A stretch of DNA of 64,000 nt from Octopus vulgaris (GCA_951406725.2 OX597825.1:85126001-85190000); one strand, 5' to 3'; counted from the stretch's first letter, positions 28,298-42,049 are shown. The notes: a model not told the origin generated them from the sequence alone. Numbers and translations: made by a program.

Positions 28298-28545
28298 AGT
28301 AGGTGAATGAATTATCCTAGTATTGATAATTCTGTTAACCGATACCTGGGTAGCAAATTCACGTAGGAAAACACGGTTGAAGCTACATGCCAAGGGTTGA
28401 AACTCCGTATTCTTGTGTGGTAATTTGTGTAATATTTAAAATGAATAAAAGAATGGAGTCGAACGAGGATTTTAACACAATTTCCAACTCTGTTTTTTTA
28501 TGTTTTATTTATATTCTTTATAATATTAATGTAGAATATAGAATA
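28295..28545 (+). mobile_element. Possible PLE-like non-coding module inside (TA)n
   Basis: 250-bp unique island bounded by (TA)n on both sides, with gTTGAAG...GAAActccgTA as a very degenerate hammerhead-like trace. Confidence 0.3.
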
Positions 28546-29236
28546 TATATATATATATATACTTATATACATACATAAATATTTGTTGATGGTACTGAGG
28601 CATGCCAAGGAAACGAGGCAGCGAGATCCAAAATATGGGTGCGCGCGTTTAATCTCAACACACGATTTTATCTCTGAAGAAAACTTCTTTCGCTTTTCCG
28701 TCGTACACTTCACCAAATTTCTGCAATTATTTTTGCAATTATTAACCATTAAACACGAAATGTAATCAAGTGGTTCAATAACAATCCTGCAAATAAAAAC
28801 CTGAAGAATCTTTTACATACTTCAAATGATATTTTATTATCTCTCAATGGAAATAAAGAATGTTCTACTTTTAAAGACAACGAATTAGGCTAATCACGAC
28901 TCTTTGAAGAATATTTTATGTTTCGGAGTAAATTTCTTCTACGTTCTGCTATAAACGTTTTGATGAGTTTTAAGGATGTCTCATGAAGCTTCTGACATTT
29001 ACTGTTTGACGTATATAGTAGTTGCAGTAAGAAAGGATTTGACTAATGTGTGTGTATGTGTATGCGTGCGAGTATGTGTAATATATATATATATGTATGT
29101 ATATGTTTGTGCACATTTATGTATGTATATAAGTATATATATAGATAGATAGATAAATAGCTAGATAGAGGGACAGAGAGAGGAAGAGAGCGAAAAATTC
29201 AGCGAGAGTGGGAGAGACAAAAAGAGATATGTGTAC

Positions 29237-29297
<61 letters not shown>

Positions 29298-30026
29298 TGT
29301 GGGTGGGTGTGCGTGTTTGATGAAGCATGTACCTCCTGCTATTGATGTATAGTATTTGTCAGGAACGTTTTGATTTTTAGCTTAATTAACAGTCCACACA
29401 CACACGCACACACGGACACTCACACACACACATGTACACATGTATAATATATAAAATATATGCATATTTTACATGTATATGTGTGGTGGGGGTGAATATC
29501 GTTACGTAAATGTCAACACAAAGTTATATACACCCACTGACAAACGCATAACAACCGCCACACCTATTGTAGAAATATGAGCATAAACCACCTCGTGTCT
29601 CTCTTTCTCTCTCTTCTACCCTTTCTCACTCACTATCTCTCTCTCTCTTTCTTTCTCTCTTTCTCTATTTTTCTCTCTTTCTCTCGTTTTCCTCACTGTT
29701 TCTCCCGAATGCATTTCTTCAGATGAAGCTCTGTATATATGCATGTATGTATGCATGTATGTATGTATGTATGTATGTATTATGTGTGTATATATGTATG
29801 TGTGTATATATGCATGTATGTATGTATGTATGTATGTATGTATGCCTGTACGTATGTACGTATGTATGCATATATCTATGTACGTATATACGTATGCATT
29901 ATGTACGTATGTATGTGCGCGTATATCTACGTTTATTTTTAAATCTATCTGTCTATCTATTTATCTATTTATCTATCTATCTGTCCATCTATCCATATCT
30001 ATCTATATATCCATCTGTGTGTGTGT

Positions 30027-30068
<42 letters not shown>

Positions 30069-31284
30069 ATGTATGCATGAGTGTGCGTACAATTAGTCTT
30101 CTCATTTTCAAAATGGAGATTACTTGACTTGACTTGAGTTGTAAGATTCAGATTCAATTTTGACGCAAATTAACCTCCGTATATATATCTGCTTCCTTGC
30201 TCATACAATTACATACACAGACACCACACGCAAAATGCGTGGATGTATATATATATATAATCATTAGATCGACTAAACTATAACTCAAGAGACTTCTCCA
30301 TGCATTATAGATGTTGAGTCAATAAACCATTTGGTAACCAGATAATTTCCTGCAATAGTACACTTGTTTCAATTAATTACCCACATTAGCCATTCCACAG
30401 AACGGAACGGTTGGACATATGATGGCTTCCTCCTGTCCACTGGCAATTTCATCTTCGTGCTTTATTACGACAAGGAGTTAAATCTGGTCGTTAGAGAAAG
30501 CAACCAAAATGCTTTCAAATTAGATTGTAATATAAGCGTATTTATTAAAGATTGTTGTATATCAGTTTGGTGTTCAATGGAATAGAATTGATCATAGATT
30601 GACTTGATCAGGGATAGCGAAGGGCTAAACAACAACATGAATGCGGTGACAGTATCCGAGTGACTTTATCTAAACTTAGTAGCGTTGTCTTTTTTTTGTG
30701 TATCAAAGCAGAAGCAATTCCTTTATTTAATGTTTTAAACCATCTCATATTTATTCAGATATGAATCTGTAATAACAATGCCAATATCTCTGATCATGTC
30801 AACGTATAGTTGTGTATCTGTCTAAATCACGTTATTTGTTTTCAAACCAAACACAGGACTGTGACATTAAGTAGCAGTCCTTAGAGCCAAGGGTTTTGCA
30901 GTTCATTCTTAATATCCATATCTGTACATACCAATATATCCAAAACAATATTTGTGTCTCTATATTCTACAAATTCTCCGCAGTTCTCTGCGAATATATC
31001 TCTTCAAAGAAATGCTTTGGTGGTCGACATATTTCAAAGTAGATTAAATTAGTTACCTGCACAGATCAAATATACTGACGTAGATTGAATGTGAATATGT
31101 CGGTGATACAGAACAAAATGGCTATTGTTTCATCCTATTCATGTTAGAAACTAAGGTCAAAAGAACAAATTCCTTTCGATTGGTAAAATCACCAAAACTT
31201 CAATAATCATTCTTTGTGATATTAAACTAAATTTTTTTTTTTTTTTTTATTTTGCTGCTTCATGTCAATTTCATTTTTAGACAT

Positions 31285-31530
31285 TGAATTCGAATTCCAC
31301 CGAGATCAAGTCTGTCTTTTACCACTTCAAAAGACAACAAACTGAAAAATGTTTTTAACTCCTGAGGCGAAAGTGCTTCCTAGAATTTTTTTCCGGCCCT
31401 TTGCGTTGTAAGTTCAAATTCCGCTGTGGTCGTCTTTGCCTTTCATCAATGAAATAAGAACCAATTGAACACTGATGTTGATATGATCGTATTATCCTCT
31501 CTTGCTGGCCTTGTGCCTAAATATGAATCC
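31285..31530 (+). mobile_element. Degenerate SINE family A fragments
   Basis: gaattcgaattccaccgagatc and aagttcaaattccgctgtggtcgtctttgcctttcatc...gctggccttgtgcctaaa. Confidence 0.65.
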
Positions 31531-31540
31531 TTTATTATTG

Positions 31541-31571
<31 letters not shown>

Positions 31572-31575
<4 letters not shown>

Positions 31576-31689
31576 TAGTTTTATTTTTATAGCGTGCTTT
31601 CACTTCACTACCGAGCGCAGCTCTGTGTGCCTTGGGTATGTGCTGTGATTTGTTGTGATGCTCTGATGGTTATTGTATGGAAAGTGTTC

Positions 31690-31690
<1 letters not shown>
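31572..31690 (-). mobile_element. LINE 3' end with (TAA)n tail, probably R4/Dong-type
   Basis: Minus strand begins RTLSIQ* followed by a 3' UTR duplicated at 9865-9960; TAA repeats on both sides. Confidence 0.65.
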
Positions 31691-31778
<88 letters not shown>

Positions 31779-31779
31779 T

Positions 31780-31920
31780 GCCTTTGCACAGCTTCTAACG
31801 CTGGAGATGTACTACAGTGTCAGCTGTTCACAACCAGTGAACTAAGGTAAAACCTCTTATTTTTCGAGCACCTTCCGGAGTATTCGAGCGGTTCCAAGAG
31901 GTGCTGTTTTCTGCAAGTAT
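31780..31920 (-). mobile_element. R4/Dong-type LINE 3' end
   Basis: Minus strand LQKTAPLGTARILRKVLEK*, then 3' UTR, then (TAA)n; almost identical to 41679-41738. Confidence 0.85.
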
Positions 31921-32779
31921 TGATTTACTCTACTTTATATATTATTTAAATTTAAAATTTGTTAATTTACAACACAGGTCATAATAGCAAGAATATTGAC
32001 AGCGAGAGAGAAACAAATCTGATGGTCATAACAATAACAACAACAACAATAATGCAGTTCCTATTTGTCCCATGAACTTCTCAAGATATTATTATTATCA
32101 TCATTATTATTATCATTATTGTCATCATTGATTCATACGATTTATGCGAGTTTATCCATGGCTTCTATGTATATCTCTGTTCTCTTGGTATGTAGAAACC
32201 TAAGTCTTCTAAAATGTACAAATGTGCTCCTATACAGCATCGGTTTTGCTTAACTGTGGAAGTTTGTGATGTTGTGGCAGCGTCTCGCATGCTGTGCAAT
32301 GATTGTACAACGTGGCTTATCTTAGTTTTGGAGGGTGGTCGGTCTATTAGCATTTTTGCTTCATGTGTGTGCTCTGTGGTTCATATTAAGTGTTTTCGTG
32401 TCAGGTCATGTAAAGCATATCTTGTGTGAATTCCATGAGATTTTATTATGATATCGGCTATCACTTATGCAAGAGTATTATTGTGGTCTCTAATTTGTTG
32501 GTCATTCCATAGAATGTCAGTGTTGTGCAGTTGTATAGAGCAAGTCACGTGCTCCATACAGTATCCACGTGATATTTCTTTTGGTGGTTATTGTATAAAG
32601 CGTACTGTTTCCTGAGTTACGCTTTCAAATTGAAAATGTCACGTTTCGTTTGTGACGTTGTACCAAGAAAGGTTATAATTTGGACTGAGCGTAAAATAAA
32701 GAACCCCAGTAAGGTTTCTTAGGCTTATATTCAAACTTCTTATTACATCTGATGTTCCTATTATGAAAGACATTTTTTG

Positions 32780-33010
32780 TTTTGCTCTTCATTATGCCAC
32801 ATTCTGCTTCTTTCTATTTCCAATTGCAAGTTCTTTGACAGTTTTTTCAAACTTCTTCCTTGCAATCGTTTCAATGCCGGAATATTTCTCTCCATAAATA
32901 TTGTTTCGTTTCAGTCCATTATAATTTCCAGCAAAGACTGCCTTCATCTTCTTGTCAGAATGGACAGGCATATCCGAGATGATCGAAGGTTTGGTCTTTG
33001 CCATGTTTAA
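32780..33010 (-). pseudogene. Degenerate R4/Dong-type RLE domain fragment
   Basis: SIISDMPVHSDKKMKA...RKKFEKTVKELAI resembles ILWDMP.HTD..IKANRPD...KE.EK..KY..L.I; abuts a (TCA/TTA)n tract. Confidence 0.55.
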
Positions 33011-33029
33011 TGCATTTCTCATCAATTTT

Positions 33030-33097
<68 letters not shown>

Positions 33098-33261
33098 GAT
33101 TATGATTATCATTATTATTATTCTTATCATCATCATCATCATCACCATCAGAAGTAGTAGTAATATGTGGGGACCGAGATTGTGGTTTCACTTCCTAGAC
33201 CGGGTCGTGCATTGTGTTCTTGAGCAAGACACTTCATCTCACGAGTTATTAATAGTAAAAA

Positions 33262-33302
<41 letters not shown>

Positions 33303-33375
33303 AGCGAAATATATAGCAGTATGAACGTCTGTGTATGTCTGTGTATATGTATGTGCATATATATATATATATATG

Positions 33376-33406
<31 letters not shown>

Positions 33407-33415
33407 TTGTGCATG

Positions 33416-33447
<32 letters not shown>

Positions 33448-33519
33448 CAGAGAGAGTGTTAGGTCTCATGTACATATATATATGTGTGTTTCAGTGTGTT
33501 AGTGCATGTGTATATATAC

Positions 33520-33568
<49 letters not shown>

Positions 33569-33594
33569 TGTGTATGTATAGAGTGTTAGGTCTG

Positions 33595-33659
<65 letters not shown>

Positions 33660-34150
33660 CTAGCGCATGTGTGTGTGTGTGTGCGCGCGCGCAGAGAGGA
33701 AGGAAGAAAGATCGATAAATAAAAGCTTATGTGGGTAGGTATGTAGATTATTTTAGAAATATTTTCATTAGAAATGTCTCCGTTACTGCAACTTCTACAA
33801 AAGAGAGGAACTGCTACTACTAAAACTAGAACTAAAACTACTACTCTTTACTCGTCCTGCCCCCGCTCTTCCTCCCCCTCCCCAATTCCTCCCACTACTA
33901 CAACAGCTGCTACTTTTACAACTACTGCTACCACCACAGGTACTGCAACCATTACTGTTATGTAGAAGCGCGTGTGTCTGCGCCAGTTTGGATTAGCCAA
34001 ACTGGATCATCGTGTAGAGAGACAGAGTAAAACAGATTTAATCCTATTATACTATAGTTATGAATTAACATGCTTACCAAGTGTGTGGAGTCAGTGAAGA
34101 ATCAGATTGTATGATTTGCGAGCTTAAAAAGAAACTTTTCGATATACATC

Positions 34151-34192
<42 letters not shown>

Positions 34193-34260
34193 ACTTTCTC
34201 TCACTCATGCACTCACTTGCCTATGCATAACATAAATATATGTCTATATCTATATATATA

Positions 34261-34326
<66 letters not shown>

Positions 34327-34558
34327 TATATATATATGTATATGTATATATATATGTATGCATGTGTATATATATGTATGTATGTATGTATGTATATATA
34401 TACATACAATTACATGTATGTAAATATAGGCATATAGGAGTGTGTAGGGAGTGTACAATTAAAGAAGTTCAGTACAGATATCATTGAAAACTCATCGATG
34501 TCAATAACAATATGGCTTGGAACTCCATCTCCAAGCTTAAAATACAAATGCATGAAAT

Positions 34559-34638
<80 letters not shown>

Positions 34639-35284
34639 TTATGTATGTATATATGTGTGTATATGTATGTGTATGTATATTTGTAAATATATGTATTTTT
34701 ATATGTATAGATGGTGAAAAATTCCCATTTCTAGTGCTTTTTCTATTTCAAACACTATCTTGGTTCTGATTATGCATTATATCCTTGTTGTTCTTAAGGC
34801 ACTACGATATGATGTACAGGATAATTAATAGCTATTCCTCAGAGATCAGCCTTCTATATCTTATTTCATTAATTATTTCTTTATTACTATGATCTTGTCT
34901 TCGACGTCGCCAAGAACCATATCTAAAATGCATTCCATAATTTTACAGCTTTTTTGCCCAAGTCTATATATTTTGGATTGGAAACACCTGTGTTGAGTGC
35001 AGCCTAAGTGCCACATACGAAATACTCTAGTCTACGAAGCACTATTAATCTATTTATTTATTTATTTATTTTCATTTTCTCACAATTCTAAACACAAACG
35101 GCGTCCTGAAATTATGTTTTAACCCACGGGAATAACTCTTTCTCCGTGAAGAACACAGTTTCTTATCGCAACAGAAATTAACATCTGCTTCCTAAGGATA
35201 GATATTTCAGTAGACGTGAAAATCTTAATAAAACCTATCTCAAAGGAAAAGAGCTACATTCACACCATTGGTGCACAAAAGTTA

Positions 35285-35373
<89 letters not shown>

Positions 35374-35594
35374 TGTGTAACGTAATGGTTAATATGAACC
35401 ATTGGTTTCGTATATAGTGTGAACTAGACATTTCTTCAGTTTTTCTAAACGATAACCGTTCTCTGCAAAGAATGTTTTTTTTAAAACACAAGAACGCCCG
35501 TGATAGACCAATAAATATTCCCCTTAAAAACTCAAGACCGGGCGAGTTGACTTCCTTCGCTTGAAGTAAAACTTTTCGAAAATGTGGACAACTG

Positions 35595-35622
<28 letters not shown>

Positions 35623-35630
<8 letters not shown>

Positions 35631-35927
35631 ATTAGGGCTTAGTAAAATAAATTACTTTGCCACATACTGAACTTACTAGAAATAGCAGCCAAAAAAAAAC
35701 TTTTTAGCTATTTCTACTACTTAAAGAAAATTTCTCTCAGATAATGTTTACTCAAAATAACTCACGAAGGCTGCTATTTCTAGTAAGTTCAGTATGTGGC
35801 AAAGTAATTTATTTTACTAAGCCCTAATTATATAATGTAATATTTTGAATTCGCCTTAAATGGTCCTTTTACATACTGAACACTTGATGAAATTGATTAA
35901 TAACTAATTAATTTTACCCTCAATTAT

Positions 35928-35929
<2 letters not shown>
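35623..35929. mobile_element. Perfect 68-bp inverted duplication plus about 93-nt tail inside (TA)n (PLE-like)
   Basis: Arms 35623-35690 and 35769-35836 are exact reverse complements; related single-arm fragment at 49880-49978, also inside (TA)n. Confidence 0.75.
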
Positions 35930-35967
<38 letters not shown>

Positions 35968-35973
<6 letters not shown>

Positions 35974-36250
35974 TACTAGAAAGAAAATCAAAACGAAGGC
36001 AGAACGAGTATCTCAAGGTAAATTTATAGTCTTACCGATATTTTTGGGGTAACCCAATGTCTGTGCACTGGGTATTCCGTAATCAGAGACAAGGTATAAT
36101 TTAGAGGGGGAATTGTACAGTTCACAAGGAATAAAATTCACAGTTTATGCGGAAAAAATAAAAGAATAACGGAGTAAAATAGAAGAATAAAGAAGAAAAC
36201 TAGTTAGAAGAATATAGGCAGAAGAATAATGTCCACAACTCATATTTTTC
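35968..36250 (-). mobile_element. PLE-like pseudo-LTR with hammerhead motif (same family as 24090-24487)
   Basis: Minus strand gtct-CTGATTA-cggaatacccagtg(cacaga)cattgggttacccca-AAAA-tatcgg-TA-agac at 36090-36029; 8-bp stem II; ends in (TA)n. Confidence 0.65.
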
Positions 36251-37393
36251 GAGAGGATATGGATGTTGGTCGGCACTTCTATGAACGTACAGGCTTTTCG
36301 TTGAAATCTCACTATATATATATATATGTTGAATATTCTTTTATTATTATACTTGCTTCAGTGACTAAAGAAATTAGTCTAATAATGGGGCATATAAGCC
36401 CTCGACGGAAAAAAAGTAGATTTTCCTCTACCTGCGGGACACGAACACGCAACACTTTGTTTTTGCGAGTAAATGTGCTACGATTTACACCAACGCATAA
36501 TCTGCTTCTTTCCGGCAGATTTTAAGAACTATGTATATATGTCTATGTTTGTGTGTATGTGTGTGTGTGTGTGTATGTGTGTGTGTGTGTGTGTGTGTGT
36601 ATACACATACTTACATATATATATATACACATATGCGTATCTCTGTATATATATTTTGGTATGTATAATGGCTGAAATGTCAATAAATGTTGAGAGAATA
36701 TTTAACGCAAAATCAAGGGTTTAAAGAGAGAAATGCCTCAAGATATCACGTACGATGTTGTAAAAACTAAGATTTGAAATCTTAGAATTAGTTTTGCATG
36801 TATAAATGCAAAATTTGATAGCAAAATTCTGTAAGCTGGAAACGAAACCAAAAGCCTCTCATACATTCTAATAAAAAGAATGCATTCTGTTTCCATTGAG
36901 AATAACAATGATTGCATCTTTTAATATATGTACCTTTAGTACGTTGTACAACTTAATTTAAATTGGAAAATATAATCAGAGAATTAGACGTGACCTCAAA
37001 AAATATTCAGAGTATATTAATACAAAAAAATGAATTAAAGATAAATAATTAGGAATTCTACAAAATACCTGCATGTTTGCAGCTAGGAAATGTGAGGCGG
37101 GTTTTGGGGAGGGGGGAAGTTGTTGGAATATATTCTGCAATATTTGACGAAAACATATACTGCAGTTATGAACGTGATGTTTGTAAATGTATAACGAGAT
37201 CTCAAAGATTAAACATACACGAGATATTTACTGCAAAGGGTTCTTTGGATAGAAACTGAAATGTGGAGATGACTGTTGGGCCTATATAAATATGTATGTG
37301 CGTGTGTGTGGATAAAAATATGTATGTTTGTATTACATGGAGAGCAACAATAACGGGGAACACACTAGTGGAGGCTAAGTTAACAAGAATTGG

Positions 37394-37432
37394 GATAATA
37401 ATAATAATGATAATAATAATAATAATAATAAC

Positions 37433-37518
<86 letters not shown>
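37394..37518. repeat. (TAA)n array
   Basis: Directly visible. Confidence 0.95.
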
Positions 37519-37519
<1 letters not shown>

Positions 37520-37742
37520 GAGAGCGTCAACAACAATATATTTAAAATGATATGAGAGAGGTATATATATTCTTGTTTTGTTGCTGATAAAATACAAAAC
37601 AAAAACCGACATTGAATACCATCCTGCAACAATTCACACGTACAGACATTTCAAATTTCACATGTGTGTGCATGCGTGTGTATTTGTATGTATATATTGA
37701 TATGTTTATGCATATATATATATATATACATTAGATAGATAA

Positions 37743-37834
<92 letters not shown>

Positions 37835-37964
37835 GCAGACGGACAGACAGATAGATAGATGCCAGTATCTTGGGAGGAAGCAAAAAACATGGTGAATCAG
37901 TCTAAAACAAATATGAGTTCAAAAAACAGAACAATGCTTTATAAAAAGACTAAATATGCAAGAC

Positions 37965-38024
<60 letters not shown>

Positions 38025-39600
38025 GAAGGGAGAGAGAATGAAGGAAAGGGATTAATCATGTAGAGAAAAAGAATATGAAAGTAATTCAAACCGAACGTGT
38101 GAATGAGTGCAAAGAGGAGGAACCAGAGAGATAAAAACGTGTAGAATGAAAAGAATGTAAATCTAAGTCTATAGAAATAAAATGGTTTGTCACAGAAGGA
38201 AGGATTTTCCTAGTTTTGAGAATAAGACGTAATAATTGCGTTTATTGATTAACGTATATTTTTTAAGTTTTCATTTTGCTTTTTGCTGTATGTTTTTTAG
38301 TGTGTATTTGCTAAAACAGAAGTTGTGTGTCAGAATAACCTGGGTGAGAATTGTACAAAGGTATCATGTCTTAATCAGATTCCTACTCACTCCTCCGCTG
38401 TGTCTGGTGATTGTCGTTTTCTGTCTCCTGCGATTCTTTGTGTGTGAGATGTTCTTCAACGATGCCTAACTTGTGAAAAATTGCAATTCTGTATTCAGAT
38501 TTGACATTTAAAGGGAAAAATCGTAAAAGATAATATATTACTGTCAACGTCGTAAAACAGAGATAAAATATTCAAATATTCAGGTTCCTGTTGACAAAAT
38601 ATGCTAATTAAAATCGTTATATTTTATATATATTTAGCTTAAATATGGAAGTATTTTCTGACAAGATAGAAATTCTAGAATTACAATAACACAAAAATGT
38701 CACCGAAATCAGTTATAGTAGGAATGGAATTAGTGACAGTATGGCAAATTCCGAAGATCCAACTTTGGAATGGCTAAAATATAGCTTTTTAAAGTTTTAA
38801 TTATTTAACAAATGAATTTTTACTTAGAAGGAAAATTCAGTGCCCATATCACCTTTCAGGAATGAGTCCAAGAACTAAATTGTTTGAAATCCGTGAACTG
38901 TTTAAAATAGATGCTAGAGAGTGCAAACTGTTAAAGTCACGTAAGATGAGGAACTAATTCTATCCGCTAGTTTCTGGCTACGAAATATTTCTTTCAAAGA
39001 TTTCATCAAACAGTATCCGTGATGGAAGGTGCGGCGGAGTCTTAAGAAGGCCATACAACATAGTTGCAAAGAAAACTTCTTAACTACTAAGTCCACAGTA
39101 CGAGAAATTTGATCTTTTTAATGGCATCTACCTAAGAGCTAATGTTATATTCCAAAATGGTATCAAATAAACTGATGGAAATTATAGAGGAAATCGCAAT
39201 GCCATTATCAAAAGACGATTCTTTGTTAGTCCAATGCTCTACTTTTCCAAGATGACAACGGAATACGGGATGAAAGACAAATCTATTAATTGATCAATAC
39301 ACAAATACATTTCGCCGAACATAAACGAACGAAATAAGGTCAATTCTGCTCAGGTGAGTAACATTATATCTTGCTGCAGCATTTCAATACAATAAGTAAA
39401 TAAAACAGGTAGAATTACTGCAATAAAAAGCAACAAATTCGTCTTGTTTAATGATTTCACAAAGGTAAAGTAGAACTGCTGTACTTTAAGCACGCAACGC
39501 ATATTTGTATTTAACAAAGCTGTTGGGCAGAATAATGTCTGGAAAATTATTGTCCAGTAAATGTTGAATATATATATATCAATATAATGGATACACAGAT

Positions 39601-39800
39601 ATTGATTTCGAATTTCGGGGAGAGCGAGGTCTAATCGATGAGATCTCATCCAGTGCCATGTTGGTACTTATTTTATTGACACCGAAAGGATGAAAGGCAG
39701 ATCGACCCCGGCGGAATTTGAACGCAGAACGTTAAGACCGATAAAATGCTGCTCAGTATTTTGCGCGGCCTGTTAACCATTCTCCCAGCTTGCCGCCTTC
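39601..39800 (-). mobile_element. SINE family A with 12-bp TSD
   Basis: Reverse-complement copy; TSD ggatacacagat at 39589-39600 and 39801-39812. Confidence 0.85.
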
Positions 39801-40214
39801 GGATACACAGATTTTAAACATTGAAATGTTTTACTTTTTGAATAAAAGAATAATCCCATGATATCTATTCAGATCCTAACGCTTTCTTCCAACCACAAAC
39901 TTACGAATACAATGTGTGTGTGTGGCTGTGTGTATGAGTCTGTAAATGTGTATATATACATACACATACTCACACACAACTACTCTCTCATTCTTTCCTC
40001 TCTATTTTATAGATTTTTAGAGAAACCTTTGAAGGGGGTCTACCTTCATTGAACATCATATCTCCAGGTGTGGCTTCTCTCGTTCGCTAATTAAAGCAAC
40101 GTCCAATCAATTTAACGCCGTCAGACTTCACCTGCTGCTGTCGAGGAAATTCAACGGTCATTCGAATTCAATTTAATACATTCTTGCACTGGACACTTAC
40201 ATAAATGCGGAATA

Positions 40215-40400
40215 TTCTTTTACTCTTTTACTGGTTTCAGTCATTTGACTGTGGCCATGCTGAAGCACAGCCTTTAGTCGAGCAATTGGACCCTAGGACT
40301 TATTCTTTGTAAGATTAGTACTTATTCTATCGGTCTCTTTTGCCGAACTGCTAAATTACGGGGACGTTAACACACCAGTATCGGTTATCAAGCGATGTTG
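40215..40400 (-). mobile_element. SINE family B 3' half
   Basis: gtttcagtcatttgactgtggccatgctg...ttattctatcggtctcttttgccgaac...gttatcaagcgatgttg. Confidence 0.85.
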
Positions 40401-40531
<131 letters not shown>

Positions 40532-40735
40532 CCTTTCTACTAAAGGCACAAGTCATGAAGTTTGGTAGGTGGGGACTAGTCCATTATATTGGCTCCAGTG
40601 TTTCACTGGTACTTAATTTATTGACCCTAAAAGGGTGCAGGGCAAGCTCGACCTCGACGGAATTTGAACTCAGAGCGTGGGGACGGACGAAATGCCGCTA
40701 AACATTTTTGTCCGGCATGTTAATGATTTTTGCCA
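40532..40735 (-). mobile_element. SINE family A
   Basis: cctttctactaaaggcacaag...cggaatttgaactcagag...gaaatgccgctaa. Confidence 0.8.
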
Positions 40736-40737
40736 TA

Positions 40738-40832
40738 ACTAGCAATTATGGCCTCGAAATATCAAAGACATGGTATGACCAAATCCTAGGAGTTACTGAG
40801 AAAGAGGATTGCAAAATCCTGTGGGATTCAGT
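40738..40832 (+). pseudogene. R4/Dong-type LINE fragment upstream of the RLE motif
   Basis: Translates NYGLEISKTWYDQILGVTEKEDCKILWDS, matching YGL....WY.H.P..V.E....KILWDF. Confidence 0.7.
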
Positions 40833-41629
40833 GTAAGTCTACCTCATGCGCAAACCAGTCCTCTGTTCTCGTACCGAAGGACTCATGGCGTTTCTGCATA
40901 CTCAACAGGGCATTGCATCATCATGTTTCTGAAATCTGAGGTAGTTTTCCGAATCGTATGCCCACTGAGACTCCAGCTACCCAACACCTTAACCTTGTCC
41001 ACCTCAGAACTCTGTTTGCCGTCCTGTGTCTCAGATCTGATGACAAACAGCGGGTTAATACTATTTTTAGTACACCTGGCTGCCACCCTGTTTTGCTTTA
41101 TTCCATATCAATTAGAAAGAAAGCATCGACAAGTAAATGATGTACCAGATCGATCTATATCGCCACATTTTCTACTGTCTTGAAACCAGTCAGACACTAC
41201 TGTATCATTTCCACTGAGAGACAGAAAAAAGATTCTCTATACGCTCTTTGGAGTACATAAAAAAAAAACTCATTACTTTTTATAGACATCTTCCCATTTC
41301 CCTTGTTCTTCTAAAGAAAAAAAATCTCACAAAGTAGGTTCCTACTCAACCAGTCGATACATGTTCAAGAATTGACAGTGACTGGCAGCAGGAGGAAAAC
41401 TCTTTCGTTATTCATTTCGCATACATGTGCGTTTAATTTGCTGCTGTTGTTGCTGCTGCTGCTGCTTCTCTTGTTGTTGTTGTTACTTGTGTCTATGTCG
41501 TTTAATTGAGAATATGTTATCTTGCATTGCCACTTTGTTTCCGTTGATTCCTTTTTAAGGTCGTGTTCGTGTCTTCAAAGATAATTTCACAGTATTTCTA
41601 TGGATGCGATCTATTCACTGATTTCTGTT

Positions 41630-41980
41630 ACTGCGGTGTACAGCTGTTCTCTACCAATGAACTAAGGTAACACTCCTTATTTTTCGAGCACCTTCCGGAG
41701 TATTCGAGCGGTTCCAAGCAGTGCTGTTTTCTGCAAGTGCTCCACCCTTATTGCAGCCCCTATTTTTTCCACGTACTTCTTGAGATTTTCCTCACTGATC
41801 CCAGAGCTCCGACAATTATTGGTACTACTACCACCTTTTTTTATCAACCGCAACTGCTTAACTTCCCAAGCTAATCTGTCATATCACTCGACTTTTCTTT
41901 CTTCCTTATCGCATATATTGTTGTCAGCTGGGCCTGCTATTTTTATGATCCAGCTTAGTTTGTTTTCTTTCTCAATTAAG
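41630..41980 (-). mobile_element. R4/Dong-type LINE RLE C-terminus and 3' UTR
   Basis: LIEKENKLSWIIKIAGPADNNICDKEE...YDRLAWEVKQLRLIKKVVVVPIIVGALGSV...EHLQKTALLGTARILRKVLENK. Confidence 0.85.
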
Positions 41981-42000
41981 TCTATTATTATTATTATTAT

Positions 42001-42041
<41 letters not shown>

Positions 42042-42049
42042 TTTCTTTT

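Noticed and set aside
28655-28722. KFGEVYDGKAK resembling tyrosine-kinase subdomain I
   Set aside because: There is no preceding GxG, the frame is flanked by stops, the splice sites are weak and no other kinase motifs occur in the window.
37335-37393. TWRATITGNTLVEAKLTRIG as an R4/Dong RT fragment
   Set aside because: Only 20 codons of weak resemblance, without the diagnostic QGD motif.
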